Of a stretch of DNA of 64,000 bases, positions 38,720 through 50,603 are shown piece after piece. This DNA comes from Candidatus Parcubacteria bacterium (lineage in GTDB: Bacteria; Patescibacteriota; Patescibacteriia; Patescibacteriales; UBA12075): contig CAWFCE010000002.1 in the NCBI GenBank assembly GCA_963814275.1, positions 702,919 through 766,918 of the forward strand, in the 5' to 3' direction. The notes beneath the pieces were generated by a model, which was given only the letters and a program-made list of their open reading frames with translations, ran no database searches and was not told the DNA's origin. Both the position numbers and the translations under genes were made by a program. Numbering within the stretch: position 1 is the stretch's first letter; each line of letters opens with the position of its first letter.

Positions 38720-39762
38720 GATGAAAATAGCTTTAATCGGCGGAGCCAGGCCGAATTTTATGAAAATAGCGCCATTGGCGCTGGCGCTTAAAAAAAATAA
38801 AATTAACTATTTTTTGGTCAATACCGGCCAGCATTTTAGAAGGTAATGGCTGATGATTTTTTCGAGGAATTCGGGTTGCGGCCGATTACCAGCTCAAGCC
38901 GAAGCGCTATACAGTGGTCAGCCAGTTAGCGAATAATGATCAGGTTGGAAAAGATATTCATAGCTGAATCGCCGGATTTGGTTTTGGTCGTAGGAGACGT
39001 GAATTCCACTTTGGCGGCAGCGCTTACGGCCAACAAATTGCGAATCAAGCTGGCTCATGTGGAAGCTGGACTGCGATCTTACAGTAGCAGCATGCCTGAA
39101 GAGTATAATAGAGTGTTAACGGATCATCTAGCCGATTTTTTGTTCGTGACCGAGGAAAACGGGATCGCCAATTTGAAAAAGAGGGAATAACCAAAAATGT
39201 ACATTTTGTAGGCAATATCATGATTGATAATTTAAAAAGATTTTTACCACAGATAAAAAGTACACAAGAAGAATTCGACTATTGTACTTTAATGGGCTGA
39301 GAATGTAGATAACCGGTCAGTTTTTAAGGAAATATTGTCTGCAATCAAAGAAGTTCCGGCGACCGCCGGATATATCTACCTCTGCATCCGCGAACCAAAA
39401 AGATGGCATTGCAATTCGGGTTGATGAAGGATATTAAGCGAATATTTACGATCGTTCCTCCGCTTAGTTACCACGAATCTTTGTATTACCAAAAAAACGC
39501 CCAAGTGGTACTGACCGATTCAGGCGGCATCCAGGAGGAGTCCAGCTTTTTAGGCACACCTTGTGTGACGCTCCGGACTGAAACAGAGCGTCCGATCACG
39601 CTTAAGTGCGGTACCAATGTCTTAGGTGGTGTAAAAAAGGAAGGTATATTAAAAGCATATCAAACAGCACTTAATAAAAAAGGCAAAGCGAAAATTTCAT
39701 ACTGGGACGGTAAAACTTCCCAAAGAATAATTAAAATTTTAAAAGAATATGGCGAGAACTAA
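38720..39762 (+). pseudogene. wecB: UDP-N-acetylglucosamine 2-epimerase (WecB-like) broken into at least 4 frame-shifted pieces
   Basis: MKIALIGGARPNFMKIAPLALAL...NTGQHF; SPDLVLVVGDVNSTLAAALTA...HVEAGLRSY...PEEYNRVLTDHLAD; HFVGNIMIDNL; VLTDSGGIQEESSFLGTPCVTLRTETERP. Confidence 0.65.
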
Positions 39763-40495
39763 ATACGTCGATGTTCGTTCATCACAGAGTTATTACACCC
39801 GTAACGCTTATATTAAAGAATATTTGGCAGACAAAAAAGTCAAACTATTGGATGTCGGCAACTTGGGCGATGGGAAATTGATTGTGGATCTACCAACCAT
39901 GGTCAAAATAACGGTGGTGAATATTACGGTCTGGACTGTAACGAAAATTTAGCCAACGATATGAAGCTGAAAAATCAACTGATAGGCCGGGTTACACGAT
40001 TTGAGTGGTTTGGTAAATGATGCTCAGTTTGACGTAAACGATGCCGGGCAGGTGATAGAACATACCTGGCAGCCGGGACTTATAATCAAAGAGTGCAGCC
40101 GAATTTTGAAAAAAGATGGCGTTTTGATCTTGGACACGCCTAACGTCTATGGCTTTCGTGCTTTGATAAGATATTTTATTCTAGGCAAAGATACGGTCGG
40201 TATGGATGATAATTTACTAGGTTACAACGAAGCCAAAGATAATTACAAACAATATCGCAGCGACAAACAGCACATCTTAAGTCAACCCCAACACAAAATT
40301 TTTTACAGTGCTGCCATGTTAAGACAGCTTCTAAATATGCACGGATTTGCAATTGAAAAGTTGATATACGTAAAGAAACCGAAAAATATCATTTACAAAC
40401 TTTTATTAAATATATTCCCACAAGGCGGACAAAAAATTGCCGTAATCGCTAGAAAAAAAAGTTTAGAGGATATATTTAGTATTAATTCAATATAA
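39749..40495 (+). pseudogene. Class I SAM-dependent methyltransferase, frameshifted
   Basis: KVKLLDVGNLGDGKL (motif I-like) in one frame; VIEHTWQP...KKDGVLILDTPN in the next. Confidence 0.45.
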
Positions 40496-40588
40496 CGATA
40501 TAACGATGGATTATTTTTTTAAATTAAATAACAAGAATGCCACGATAATAATTATAAAATTGGTCGATTAACATATAATCAAATATTC

Positions 40589-41893
40589 ATGGCGAATATA
40601 AGTGAAAAAAAAATTAAAATAAGAATCCCACAATTGCCTCTCGACAAGGCAAGCGAATTTTTTTCAGATGAAATATTAACTCAACCAGGAGTAAGAAAAA
40701 TCGTATTGTTTCCCGATTCTTTTACTAAAGAAAAATATTTAAAAATTAATTATAAAGCAACCATTCCCTCAAGTGTTGTTATCGCAAGCGCCCCTATTAT
40801 TTATATCCTCAATTCAGGTCGCGTGGGATTAATTGCGGGATGATGGCCGTAGCCTTGCCATTAACTATCGATCAGTTGCCAAAAAAATTTATAGAAAACT
40901 TGCATAAAAATATTTTGTATACTTTATATTATTATTTAAATTATCGATTAAGGATGCCATTCGCAGATAGCAGATATGATTTAAATAAAAGTGAGTTCAA
41001 AAAGGTTTTACAAAGTGGCGCAAAAGGTTTTGCTGAACTTAAAAATATTCCGACTAATTTAATAAATAATTTTGAGTTTGGAGGGAGCCCCCATATATTT
41101 CATCCGAAGAGATAATTAATTATATTAATCCGGACTGGTTTGCAAAGAGAAACATTCGTTTACGTAGGTCGTTCGGACGTTATTTTGGTGGAAATCATTT
41201 TTTCGAAATTCAAGTTGTTGAAGAGATAATTAAAAATGATTACTGGTCGAAGAGGTTGACCCCCAAACAATTAGTCGTAATGTTTCATACTGCCGGGAAT
41301 TGTTAGAAGATATTATTTTACCTAAATGGCGCGATAAATATATCCGTACAAATAAATTCACTCCCATTATAAACGATCTTGAAGCGTATAAAGGCTTTTT
41401 TGTGGGACAGAATGTGGCTATGAATTATGGCTACGCTTATAGATTGGCAAGTTTCTCCTTAATAAACCAAGCTTTTCAGTCAATGTTCGGTAATGATAAA
41501 AATTGTGAGGTATTAATTGATAAAGGCCATAATTTTACTTTGCAAGAATCAATTAATGATCATAAATACCTACTTTATCGCCATAACGCAGAAAGACTAT
41601 TGCCAAATGATTATGCGATTTTATCCGGTTACTATACTCATCCATCATATATAGTATCCGGCGGTAATAATTTGACAACATCTCTCAACACGATTGACCA
41701 CGGACTTGGTAGTCTGATTGAAGCTGATAAAAATAAAGACTTCAAAAAAGTAAATGTTAAATTACATCGTTTTAGAAAAGGCATTAAGTTTTTGGGAAAA
41801 CCGCAAACTAACGATTTTGAGCTAACTGAATCTTATTTTGTTAAACAGTACTTTAAATTAATGTCTGAAAAGAATTATTATACCCAGTTGTAA
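40589..41893 (+). pseudogene. rtcB: RtcB-like RNA ligase remnants in at least 4 fragments
   Basis: LTQPGVRKIVLFPDSF (cf. lPGvv..amPDvH), GRYFGGNHFFEIQ (RtcB GGNHFiE motif), LVVMFHTAGN (cf. HsGSRG), DHGLGS (cf. NHGAGR). The motifs fall in different frames. Confidence 0.4.
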
Positions 41894-41935
41894 AATTATT
41901 GCCAATTAATAATATGAAATTTATTTAATTCAATT

Positions 41936-42723
41936 ATGGAAACCATTTGCGAGTTAAGGGAAATATGCCAGTCGCAAAAGATTAATAAACCGAAATTTTT
42001 ACTAGCAATCGGCTATACCTGGCATCGAAGATTATCTATATATATCACTTATATATTATTGTCTATATTCCCTCGTATTACTCCAAATACGATTAGCTTT
42101 TCGATGATTATTGTCAGTATTATCGGCTGTACATCACTTTTACCCGGAATTCGTAATTTAAGTATAGCCGGCATGTTAATCGTTTATTTGGGGTTTTTAC
42201 TCGATAAATGCGATGGTGAAGTAGCGAGATACAAAAAAATTAACACCTTGCGTGGTGTTTATTTAGATGAACTTTATCTTTACTTATACCAAGCTGTTTA
42301 ATTTTTTGTTTTACTTATAATTTATTTGATTACAGTAGGGAGTTATTTATTTTGAATCTACTAGCGATTTTATTTAATGTTTTTAATCGTATTAATAGAA
42401 AAATTGCTTTAATTATTTATGCCAAGAAAAGGGTACCGTTCGAGAAAGGAGTTTTTGAGAAATATGCTGGCAATCGATTTGTAGACAAAATTTTAAATAG
42501 CTATATTTTTAAAATATTCAGTATTGTCGATAGATTCGACTTGATTGTATTTGTGATGACTTTTATTATATTTATCAAACCGCTTCATCATTATCCATTG
42601 CGACTCTGGTATATATATGTGTTTACATCGTTTTCTATTATTTATTTTTTCCGCTGGGTTATGTTATATTATTTTGGCCAAGTCTATAAAATGGTAAACG
42701 AAATGGCTAACAAAGGGTATTAG
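41936..42723 (+). pseudogene. CDP-alcohol phosphatidyltransferase-family membrane protein, interrupted
   Basis: LDKCDGEVARYKKINTLRGVYLDELYL matches DxxDGxxAR...G...D...D. The ORF stops at 42301 and resumes at 42352 in another frame. Confidence 0.5.
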
Positions 42724-42766
42724 GAATATATGTTAACAATTATCTTAACTTTGAATAAATATCTCT

Positions 42767-43850
42767 ATGAAAATTATATATATTGGCAACACAAGAATTC
42801 CAACTGAATTGGCACATGGTTATCAAATTAGTAAAATGTGCGAAATGTTTGGAAGAAACGGAGTTGATCTATCCCTGGTATTACCGGAGTTAGTTAACAA
42901 TATTGCTTTCGATTTGTTTAGTTATTATGCAATACAAAAAAGTTTTAAGGTTCAATATTTAAGAATTTTTCACAATATAAATATTACAAATAAAATAAAA
43001 AATTTTTCTTTTAATTTATTCTCCTTGTTTTATTTGTATAAGTTATTTTTTTTAAAAATAGATAAAAATATCTTGATTTATACTAGGGCACAAGAAATTG
43101 CTGGGTTATTTAAATTGAAGGGATATAAAGTGGTTTATGAATGCCATAATTGGTTGGAGAAAAAAAATTTTTTATTAAAAAATATAAATTTAATTATTAC
43201 TACAAATTTATATATAAGAAAGAGATTGTAAAAAATGTACATTATAACGAAAAAAAAATTATAACAATACCAAACGGTGTAGATTTAGATATATTTAATG
43301 TTCCCTTTACAAAAGAAGAAGTGATAGAGAAAATAGGAAGTAGGTTAATCGGAATGGAGTTAATGAATAAAAAGATATTGATGTATACCGGAACGTTTCG
43401 AACAAAAGGCTATGAAAAGGGGATCGGGGATATATTGGAGGCGTTAAGAAAAATGCAATCACCAAATATTGTATTTTTCGGAATTGGTGGTAGCGATTGC
43501 GAGATAAAGGAATATTCAAATCTAGCAAAAAAATTAGGAGTATCAGATAAGGTTATTTTTATAGGAAGACAGGAAAGAAAAATATTAGCGCTATACCAAC
43601 ATTTAGCCAGCGTAATGCTTATGCCATTCCCCAAAATAGCACATTATGAATTTTACATGACCCCATTAAAATGTTTGAATATATGGCAAGCAAGAAACCG
43701 ATAATAGCAAGCGACCTGCCTAGTATAAAATGTATTTTAAACAAGGAAAATGCAATATTTTGCAAACCCGGAGACCCCAATGATTTGGCCGAAAAGATTT
43801 CTTATCTATTAAACAATGAAGATATCGGCGGAAAGTTTTCATGAAAATCT
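42767..43850 (+). pseudogene. Glycosyltransferase family 4, three frame-shifted pieces
   Basis: N-terminal MKIIYIGNTRIPTELAHGYQ; middle ITIPNGVDLDIF...KKILMYTGTFRTKGYEKGIGDILEA; C-terminal KKPIIASDLPSIKCILNKENAIFCKPGDPNDLAEKISYLL after 43687. Confidence 0.55.
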
Positions 43851-43920
43851 TTCTAGGATGTGCAACAGTATTCTTGGCATAAAGGGCAAAAAATTTTGAA
43901 ATTTATGATCAATATTTAAG

Positions 43921-45060
43921 TAATTAAAGCCATGTATAATAATTTTGATATTGATAGGATTATGGGTATAATTAATAGACTAATAACTTTTTGCTTTTTA
44001 GGAAATTATAATTCGGAATATTCTAGAAACAGAGTCCTTATTCGTGGCCTGGAAGAAAATGGCGTAACTGTTTTTCAATGTAACGATGAAAATAAAGGAA
44101 TTAAATTATGATATAATTTAATGAGAAAGCATCGACGAATTAAGGATGACTACGATATTTTATTTATTCCATATTCTGGCGGATCAAGATTTGTAGTGTT
44201 TTTATCATATTTTTTAACAAATAAAATGATATTATGGGATGCATTTTTCTCGCTTTATGATTCGTGGGTATTTGACAGAAAGTACGTTGATAGATATTCT
44301 CTAAAATCATTTGTATATTGGTTTTATGACTGGCTGGGCTGTGCTATAGCAGATAAAGTGTTACTTGACACTAATGAACATATTGAATATTTTATCAAAA
44401 CTTTTAAAATTAAAAGAGAAAGTTTATTAGAGTTTTAATTGGCTCAGATAATAATATTTTTCTTCCGAAATTTAATTAAACCTATAATAAATAATCTAAA
44501 TGTTTAATGTATTATTCTGGGGGAATTATATTCCTTTACAAGGAATAAAATATATTATTTTAGCAGCTAAGGAATTAGAAAAACATTCCGACATTTGTTT
44601 TACTTTAATTGGCAAAGGTCAAGATTATAATAATATTTATAATTTTAGTTAAAAAATTAGAATTAAATAATTTAATTTTTGTTAATTTTATTCCTTTAGA
44701 AAGCTGCCAAGTTATATCAAATAAAGTCTGATATTTGTCTTAGGTATTTTTGGAGATACTCCAAAAACAAAAAGAGTTATACCCAATAAAGTATATGAAG
44801 CTATTGCAATGGCAAAACCAACTATTTCTTCAGATACGCCAGCAATAAAAGAAATATTTACTGATCGCAAAAATATATTGTTGAGTAATATTGCCGACTC
44901 CCATGATTTGGCGAATAAAATATTAGAATTGAAAGATAACGAAGAGCTGAGGGTAGCGATAGCAAACGGTGGTTATAAATTATATAACGAATTAGCTGTG
45001 CCACAAATTATAGTGAAGCGCTTATTAAATGATTTAATAATTGATGAAATTTACCGGTGA
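43921..45060 (+). pseudogene. Glycosyltransferase (YFGxYNxEYSRNRVL family) in at least 4 fragments
   Basis: LGNYNSEYSRNRVLIRGLEENGVTVFQC; IPYSGGSRFVVFLSYFL...FFSLYDSWVFDRK; FWGNYIPLQGIKYIILAAKELEK; C-terminal KPTISSDTPAIKEIFTDRKNILLSNIADSHDLANKILEL. Confidence 0.55.
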
Positions 45061-45590
45061 ACAATTCATACCCGGCATAGCAAAAAAAAGACTTTTCTCG
45101 GATGAGCATGAAAAAAGATATGAATTCGCTACGAAATATGCTAAGGGAAAAAACGTCCTAGACATAGCGTGCGGGACAGGTTATGGTTGTAATTCTTTAC
45201 TCTGCAACCGCCTTCAAGGTTACCGGAGTTGATATATCCAAAGAAAGTATTCATTTTGCGAAGAACCATTGTGAGTCAAGAAATATAAATTTTATTGAAG
45301 CATCAGCAACAGATAATTTATTTGATAAAAATGAATTTGATCTGATTTGCACATTCGAAACAATTGAACATCTGACATCTTCGCAAAGAAATATGTTCTT
45401 AGAAAATTTAGTTAAATGGATTAAAAAGGATGGTGTAATATTGCTTTCAACTCCAAATAAATATGTTACCTCCCCGTTCACTGACAAGCCTTTGAATAAA
45501 TTTCATGTATTAGAATACACCGAAATATCCCTTTTGGACGAATTAAATAATTATTTTTATGTGAGGAAATTTTGGGCCAAAGAATTATAA
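45041..45590 (+). pseudogene. Class I SAM-dependent methyltransferase split by a frameshift
   Basis: KNVLDIACGTGYGCNSL (motif I) in the first frame; TGVDISKESIHFAKNH...FDLICTFETIEHL...KKDGVILLSTPN in the second. Confidence 0.55.
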
Positions 45591-45754
45591 ATAAATTTTA
45601 TTTGAATTATCTTGTAAGAAAATTTATATCAATAATTCAAAAAATTATTAAAACGAATTTCAGGATATATGAAGATCGTTCCGGACCTCTTGTTGAAGTG
45701 TATAATCATTTATTTTATGAGCCAAGGATTTTCGTATTAGTATAAGAAAAAAGC

Positions 45755-46352
45755 ATGAACAAATTTAAAACGTATATAATTAAATTGTTGAACATGGAAA
45801 ATAATTTGTCTAAATTTGGGGTACGTATACGAAGAAATTATAAAATAAAGAAATTTAACAACTCGGATTACAAGGTAATAGAAATTTGTGGTGGTAAAAA
45901 TCCATTAGAAAAAAATAATTTGAACATCGATGTTATGGACCATCCATTGGTTGATTTAGTCAGCAATGTTAAAAATCGGAATACCAATACAAGATAATGA
46001 TATAGACAAAATAATTTCTATTGCTACCCTGGAGCATTTTAGTATTATCGATTTAAAATTTTTACTTAAAGATTTCTATAGAATATTAAAAAAAGATGGG
46101 ATACTAGAAATAGGCGTTCCATCTTTGAAAAAAATTATTGATTATTATAGTAAAAACGGTTGCGATGATTATGTAATTAGATATTTACATGGGGGGCAGA
46201 AAGATGTATATGATATACATTTAAATATTTTGGATTTTAGCAGATTTAAAGCTGAATTAAATATAGCGGGATTTAGTTCTGTCTCTCAATGTGATTATGA
46301 TTTTCCCATGCACGATAAGAAATTTATGATGAAAATAATTGCCAAAAAATGA
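45755..46352 (+). pseudogene. Methyltransferase type-11-like, split by a frameshift
   Basis: KVIEICGGKNPLEKNNLNIDV then IATLEHFSIIDLKF...KKDGILEIGVPSL. Confidence 0.45.
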
Positions 46353-47595
46353 TCAGCTTGCCTTTTTGGATGCGAAAAACAAATATATAGACCCAAGTAG
46401 CTTATATATGACTTTTGAAATAACAAGACCGATAATACCGTAGTTAATAAAATATAGATAAAGCAATACAAGAACAAAGGGACCAAAAAAATTGAATTTA
46501 TATAATATATTAGTTTTTTTTTGTGATTCAAGCGCGGATATTAACAGAATATTGGCCGAAGCCAATAGGGATATTGAGTAAATTTGTGAATATAAAATTG
46601 ATTTAAGATATTGTGGAAATAGTATTTTAAATAACAATGGGCTTAATACAAAATATATAACAATAAGGGAAAAAATGAATATTAGTAATTTAAAATATTT
46701 ATTAAATATATTTTTTTTTATTTTTTCATAATTATATTTGGAGTATTTAGCAAATGAAAGTTGGTATATAGGGCCAATTAAGCTTTTTATTTGGTCTGGT
46801 ACGCCCATGGCAATGGAGTATATTGCAAGATCTGTGGCGGAAAAAAAATGGAAAATCATCAATTTGTCGATCTGACTTGTTAATGATGAAATTAAATTTA
46901 AAAATGTTAAATTCTTTCCATATTTTTCTAAACCAATTTCTTTTTTATTAATTCTTATCTTATTTAATATTATTATGGTGAATATAAGTCTTATAATTGT
47001 ATAAGATGCAAAATAAGACAAGATTATTATGAAGATATTTTTTGTAAAAAGACTAATGAATATTATAAATGATGCAATTATCTTGGCGATTATGTAGTTT
47101 CTTGCAGATAGTTTAAATTCTTTTCTGCCGTTGTAGTATGCCCATATATATTCAAAGAATCTAAAAAGGGAATAAATATAGCTGTAATTAAAAATCCTAT
47201 TGCAAGATTCGTGTTATTGCCATGCCAATAATACCCAGCAAGTATTAAACCAGATATTCCACCAAGCAATCCCCAGCGTATCTTAGTTTTTATAGCAGGC
47301 AATACCGAACCCTCGTAGCCTTTTGCAATCGCTCTAGTTAGCGCAGTGTTCATTCCCGACAACGTAGGAATAGTGAGAAGCTTGCTATAGATAAAACATA
47401 TTTATAAACGCCATAAATTTCTTTTGGTAATATATTAGCAAAAGCGATCGCCAATAGAAATGCAGAAAGACTGGATATTATTTGTCCCAGTGAAAGCCAA
47501 AAACCACCTTTAAATAAATAAACCATATCCGTTTTTGTCCAGCGTTCAGACCAGCGTAATAATTTGTATAATTTAATTTTGTATTTTTCGATCAT
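46353..47595 (-). pseudogene. wzx: Wzx-like polysaccharide flippase (MOP superfamily) in three fragments
   Basis: N-terminal fragment KGGFWLSLGQIISSLSAFLLAIAFANILPKEIYGVYKYVLSIAS; middle and C-terminal multi-TM fragments in different frames. Confidence 0.5.
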
Positions 47596-48113
47596 AATTT
47601 ATTACATAAAACACTAATTGATTATAACTTTTATTTTTATTTTTAGCAATAAAATAAACATGTAAACGGTAAGTTTGCTTATGTATAAAAACAATATTCA
47701 GGATATCGAAAATATAGTTAGCTGCATCTACCAGTCAATGATTCGATTCTTAGAAAAGACGATTTTTGATCCGTCGCCAGTTATATGCGAATTACCAATA
47801 GAAGCCATGGAGTATCCCTTTGGCCATTCCATTCGGTAGGAAAACGTACGAGATGCTTAAGAACGAAAGCGAATTAAAACAAATGAACAGCTATACAAGG
47901 AAAATCAATACAATCGCCCATATCATTATTTTACTAACCGGGCAGCATTACGAGGAAATTTATATTAAAAAGCATGTATTCTCCAGGTGTAAATTGGAAA
48001 ATGCATGAATGATCGTATATGTATTTAAAAGATTATAATATTTTAGAAAATTAGTTTACTAAATTATATATGGTCGATTTTTTCATGCCAAAAAAAACTA
48101 CCTAGTCATTTTC

Positions 48114-49157
48114 TTGCTTATTATATACGCCGCGTTCAACATAATTTTTAAATTTACTATTGCCAGAGACACATACTATGTTGGCGAGGGAACCACATAT
48201 GTCAATGCGGTTCATTGGCTAGAGGGTGGTGAGCCTGATAACCCTAAGAGATTGACTAGATTATTAAAACCTTTAGGGCCTGCTGGAATTATTTTAATTT
48301 CAGAAATAAGCGGACTGGATTTCTATGATTCATTGATGGTCGAGGTAATAGTATTTTATATAGCTTTGGCAATAGCGATTTATTTTTTTGTACAGCTATT
48401 TTTCGAAAATAAATATTTGGCATTATTGGGTGCGATATTTTACATCAGCACCTATCCCATGCTTTTTTATGACTTAAACCTATTGACCGAATCTGGTGCC
48501 AATTTTTTTTATGTATTGAGCGCAATTTTTGTATATAAATTTTATGTCGATCCGAAAAATCGATATTTTTATTATTCGGTATTAATTATAATTTTAGGCA
48601 TACTATGGAAAGAATATGAATTCCAGATCGGGTTATTGCTTGGATTGGCAATATTGCTTCACCCCGACTTAAAGCTAAAAAATAAATTATATAAAATATT
48701 GATTTATGGCGCATTAGTAGCAATTACCTGGGGCTCCTGGCAAGTATTTGTATATTTGAAGTGGCATTATACTTATTTAAGCTGGAGCCGCGGTCCGTCA
48801 GGAATTGATTTGTTTTTCCAGCTGAAAAGTATATTTGCTTTAGTTTTGGCCGGCTGGCTTTTGGTCCCCTTCGGCGCATTGGGTTGGAAAAAATTTAGCA
48901 AAAGACAACGAATAATGATTATCTTGCTAATAATAATATGTACGCCCATGGTTCTGTTCTGGTTTGGTATTAATTCGCGTTTATATTATCCATTGGTTTT
49001 ACCTTTGATAATTTTGATAATGAATGGCTTTGAATATCTCTGTCAGCGGTATAGTCCATATTTAGGTCACACACTATATGTTGTCGCTATTTTAAGTAAT
49101 TATATATGGTTATTAATTGGCAATAATTTTCGTCAATATTTAGGTATCCATACTTAA
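48114..49157 (+). CDS. Polytopic membrane protein (intact), possibly O-antigen polymerase / GT-C-like
   Basis: 347 aa, 10+ hydrophobic helices, located in the polysaccharide island. Confidence 0.45.
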   Translation: MLIIYAAFNIIFKFTIARDTYYVGEGTTYVNAVHWLEGGEPDNPKRLTRLLKPLGPAGIILISEISGLDFYDSLMVEVIVFYIALAIAIYFFVQLFFENKYLALLGAIFYISTYPMLFYDLNLLTESGANFFYVLSAIFVYKFYVDPKNRYFYYSVLIIILGILWKEYEFQIGLLLGLAILLHPDLKLKNKLYKILIYGALVAITWGSWQVFVYLKWHYTYLSWSRGPSGIDLFFQLKSIFALVLAGWLLVPFGALGWKKFSKRQRIMIILLIIICTPMVLFWFGINSRLYYPLVLPLIILIMNGFEYLCQRYSPYLGHTLYVVAILSNYIWLLIGNNFRQYLGIHT

Positions 49158-49162
49158 TAACT

Positions 49163-50603
49163 ATGAAAAATATAATCATTTTAGGCGGCGGTCCGGCCGG
49201 CATGGCTTGTGCGTTGGAACTTAGCAATCACGGAGTTAATTCGACCGTAGTTGAAGCCGATAATAATGTCGGTGGATCGGCGAAAACTTTATTTTTAAAG
49301 AGGGGAATGACACTTTCCGTTCGGATATCGGACCCCATCGTTTTTATTCCAAAAATAAATATCTTTATAAAATGATCGAAGATATTCTGGGTGATGATTG
49401 GATATTGGTTGATCGCCTTACCAGGCAGTATATTGAGGGCAAGTATTATGATTATCCGATAAAAATACTTAACGCTTTTAAAAATATCGGATTGAAAAGA
49501 GCTATATTAATGGCTATTTCTTATATGGCCGCCTTGATGAAATACCGTTTGTTAAAGAAATTACGAATTTCGAAGAATATATCGTGGCGAATTTTGGCCG
49601 CCGGCTGGGCGAATTCAGCATGCTCAATTATTCACAAAAGATTTGGGGAACAGATTGCAAGAAGCTGCATATAGACTGGGCTGGACAAAGGATCAAGGGA
49701 TTGAATTTGTTTAGCGCCTTAATAAAAGCAATTTCCATCAATAAAAAACAAACCCCTAAAACATTGATTGATCAGTTCTATTATCCGTTAAGAGGTACCG
49801 GAACCATATATGAGACGATTGCTGACAAAATAAATAAAAGAGGAAGCGAAGTATATTTAAACAGCCGGCCGACCAGGATTTACCACAATGGAAAACGCAT
49901 TAATAACGTCGATATAAATATTAACAATAAAGTGGTAAATCGGGCATTGGATAATTTGGTGACTTCAATACCTATTACCACCTTTATTGATTTACTGGAT
50001 CCGGCACCGGACAAAGAGGTGCAAAATGCGATAAATAAATTGAAGTGGCGGTCACAGGTTTATTTATTCATAACTCTTGATAAAAAAAGTATCAGCAAGG
50101 ACAACTGGATTTATTTCCCGAATTTGGAAATACCTTTCGGCAGGATTTCGGAAATGAAAAATTTCAGCAAAGATTGTGTCCCGAAGATAAAACGATTGTT
50201 GTGGTTGAATATTTTGTTTGGAAAGATGATTTTATTTGGCATATGTCGAAAGAAGAATTAACCGAATTAACATTGAAGCCATACCGAACGGGCGGGATTA
50301 TTCGGGCGGAAAGACATCAGGAACGTTTATCACAGAAAAAATCATTTCGTATATCCAGTGTATGATCTGGATTATAATAATAATCTGCATACAATAAAAA
50401 AGTATCTGGACAAATTTGAAAATTTAGAATATATTGGCCGACCGGGACGATTTTTCTATACAAATCAGGACCATAGCTTGGAAATGGGAATAATGGCTGC
50501 CCGCAGTATAATGGAAAATAAGCATTATGATTTAGAAAAAATCGGCACAGATCAAGAATATTTTGAAAATGGTTATATTAAAAACGAAGAAAAAGATGGG
50601 TAA
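49163..50603 (+). pseudogene. FAD-dependent oxidoreductase (amine-oxidase/desaturase-like) in at least 5 fragments
   Basis: N-terminal dinucleotide motif IIILGGGPAGMACALEL; C-terminal YIGRPGRFFYTNQDHSLEMGIMAARS in another frame. Confidence 0.5.
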
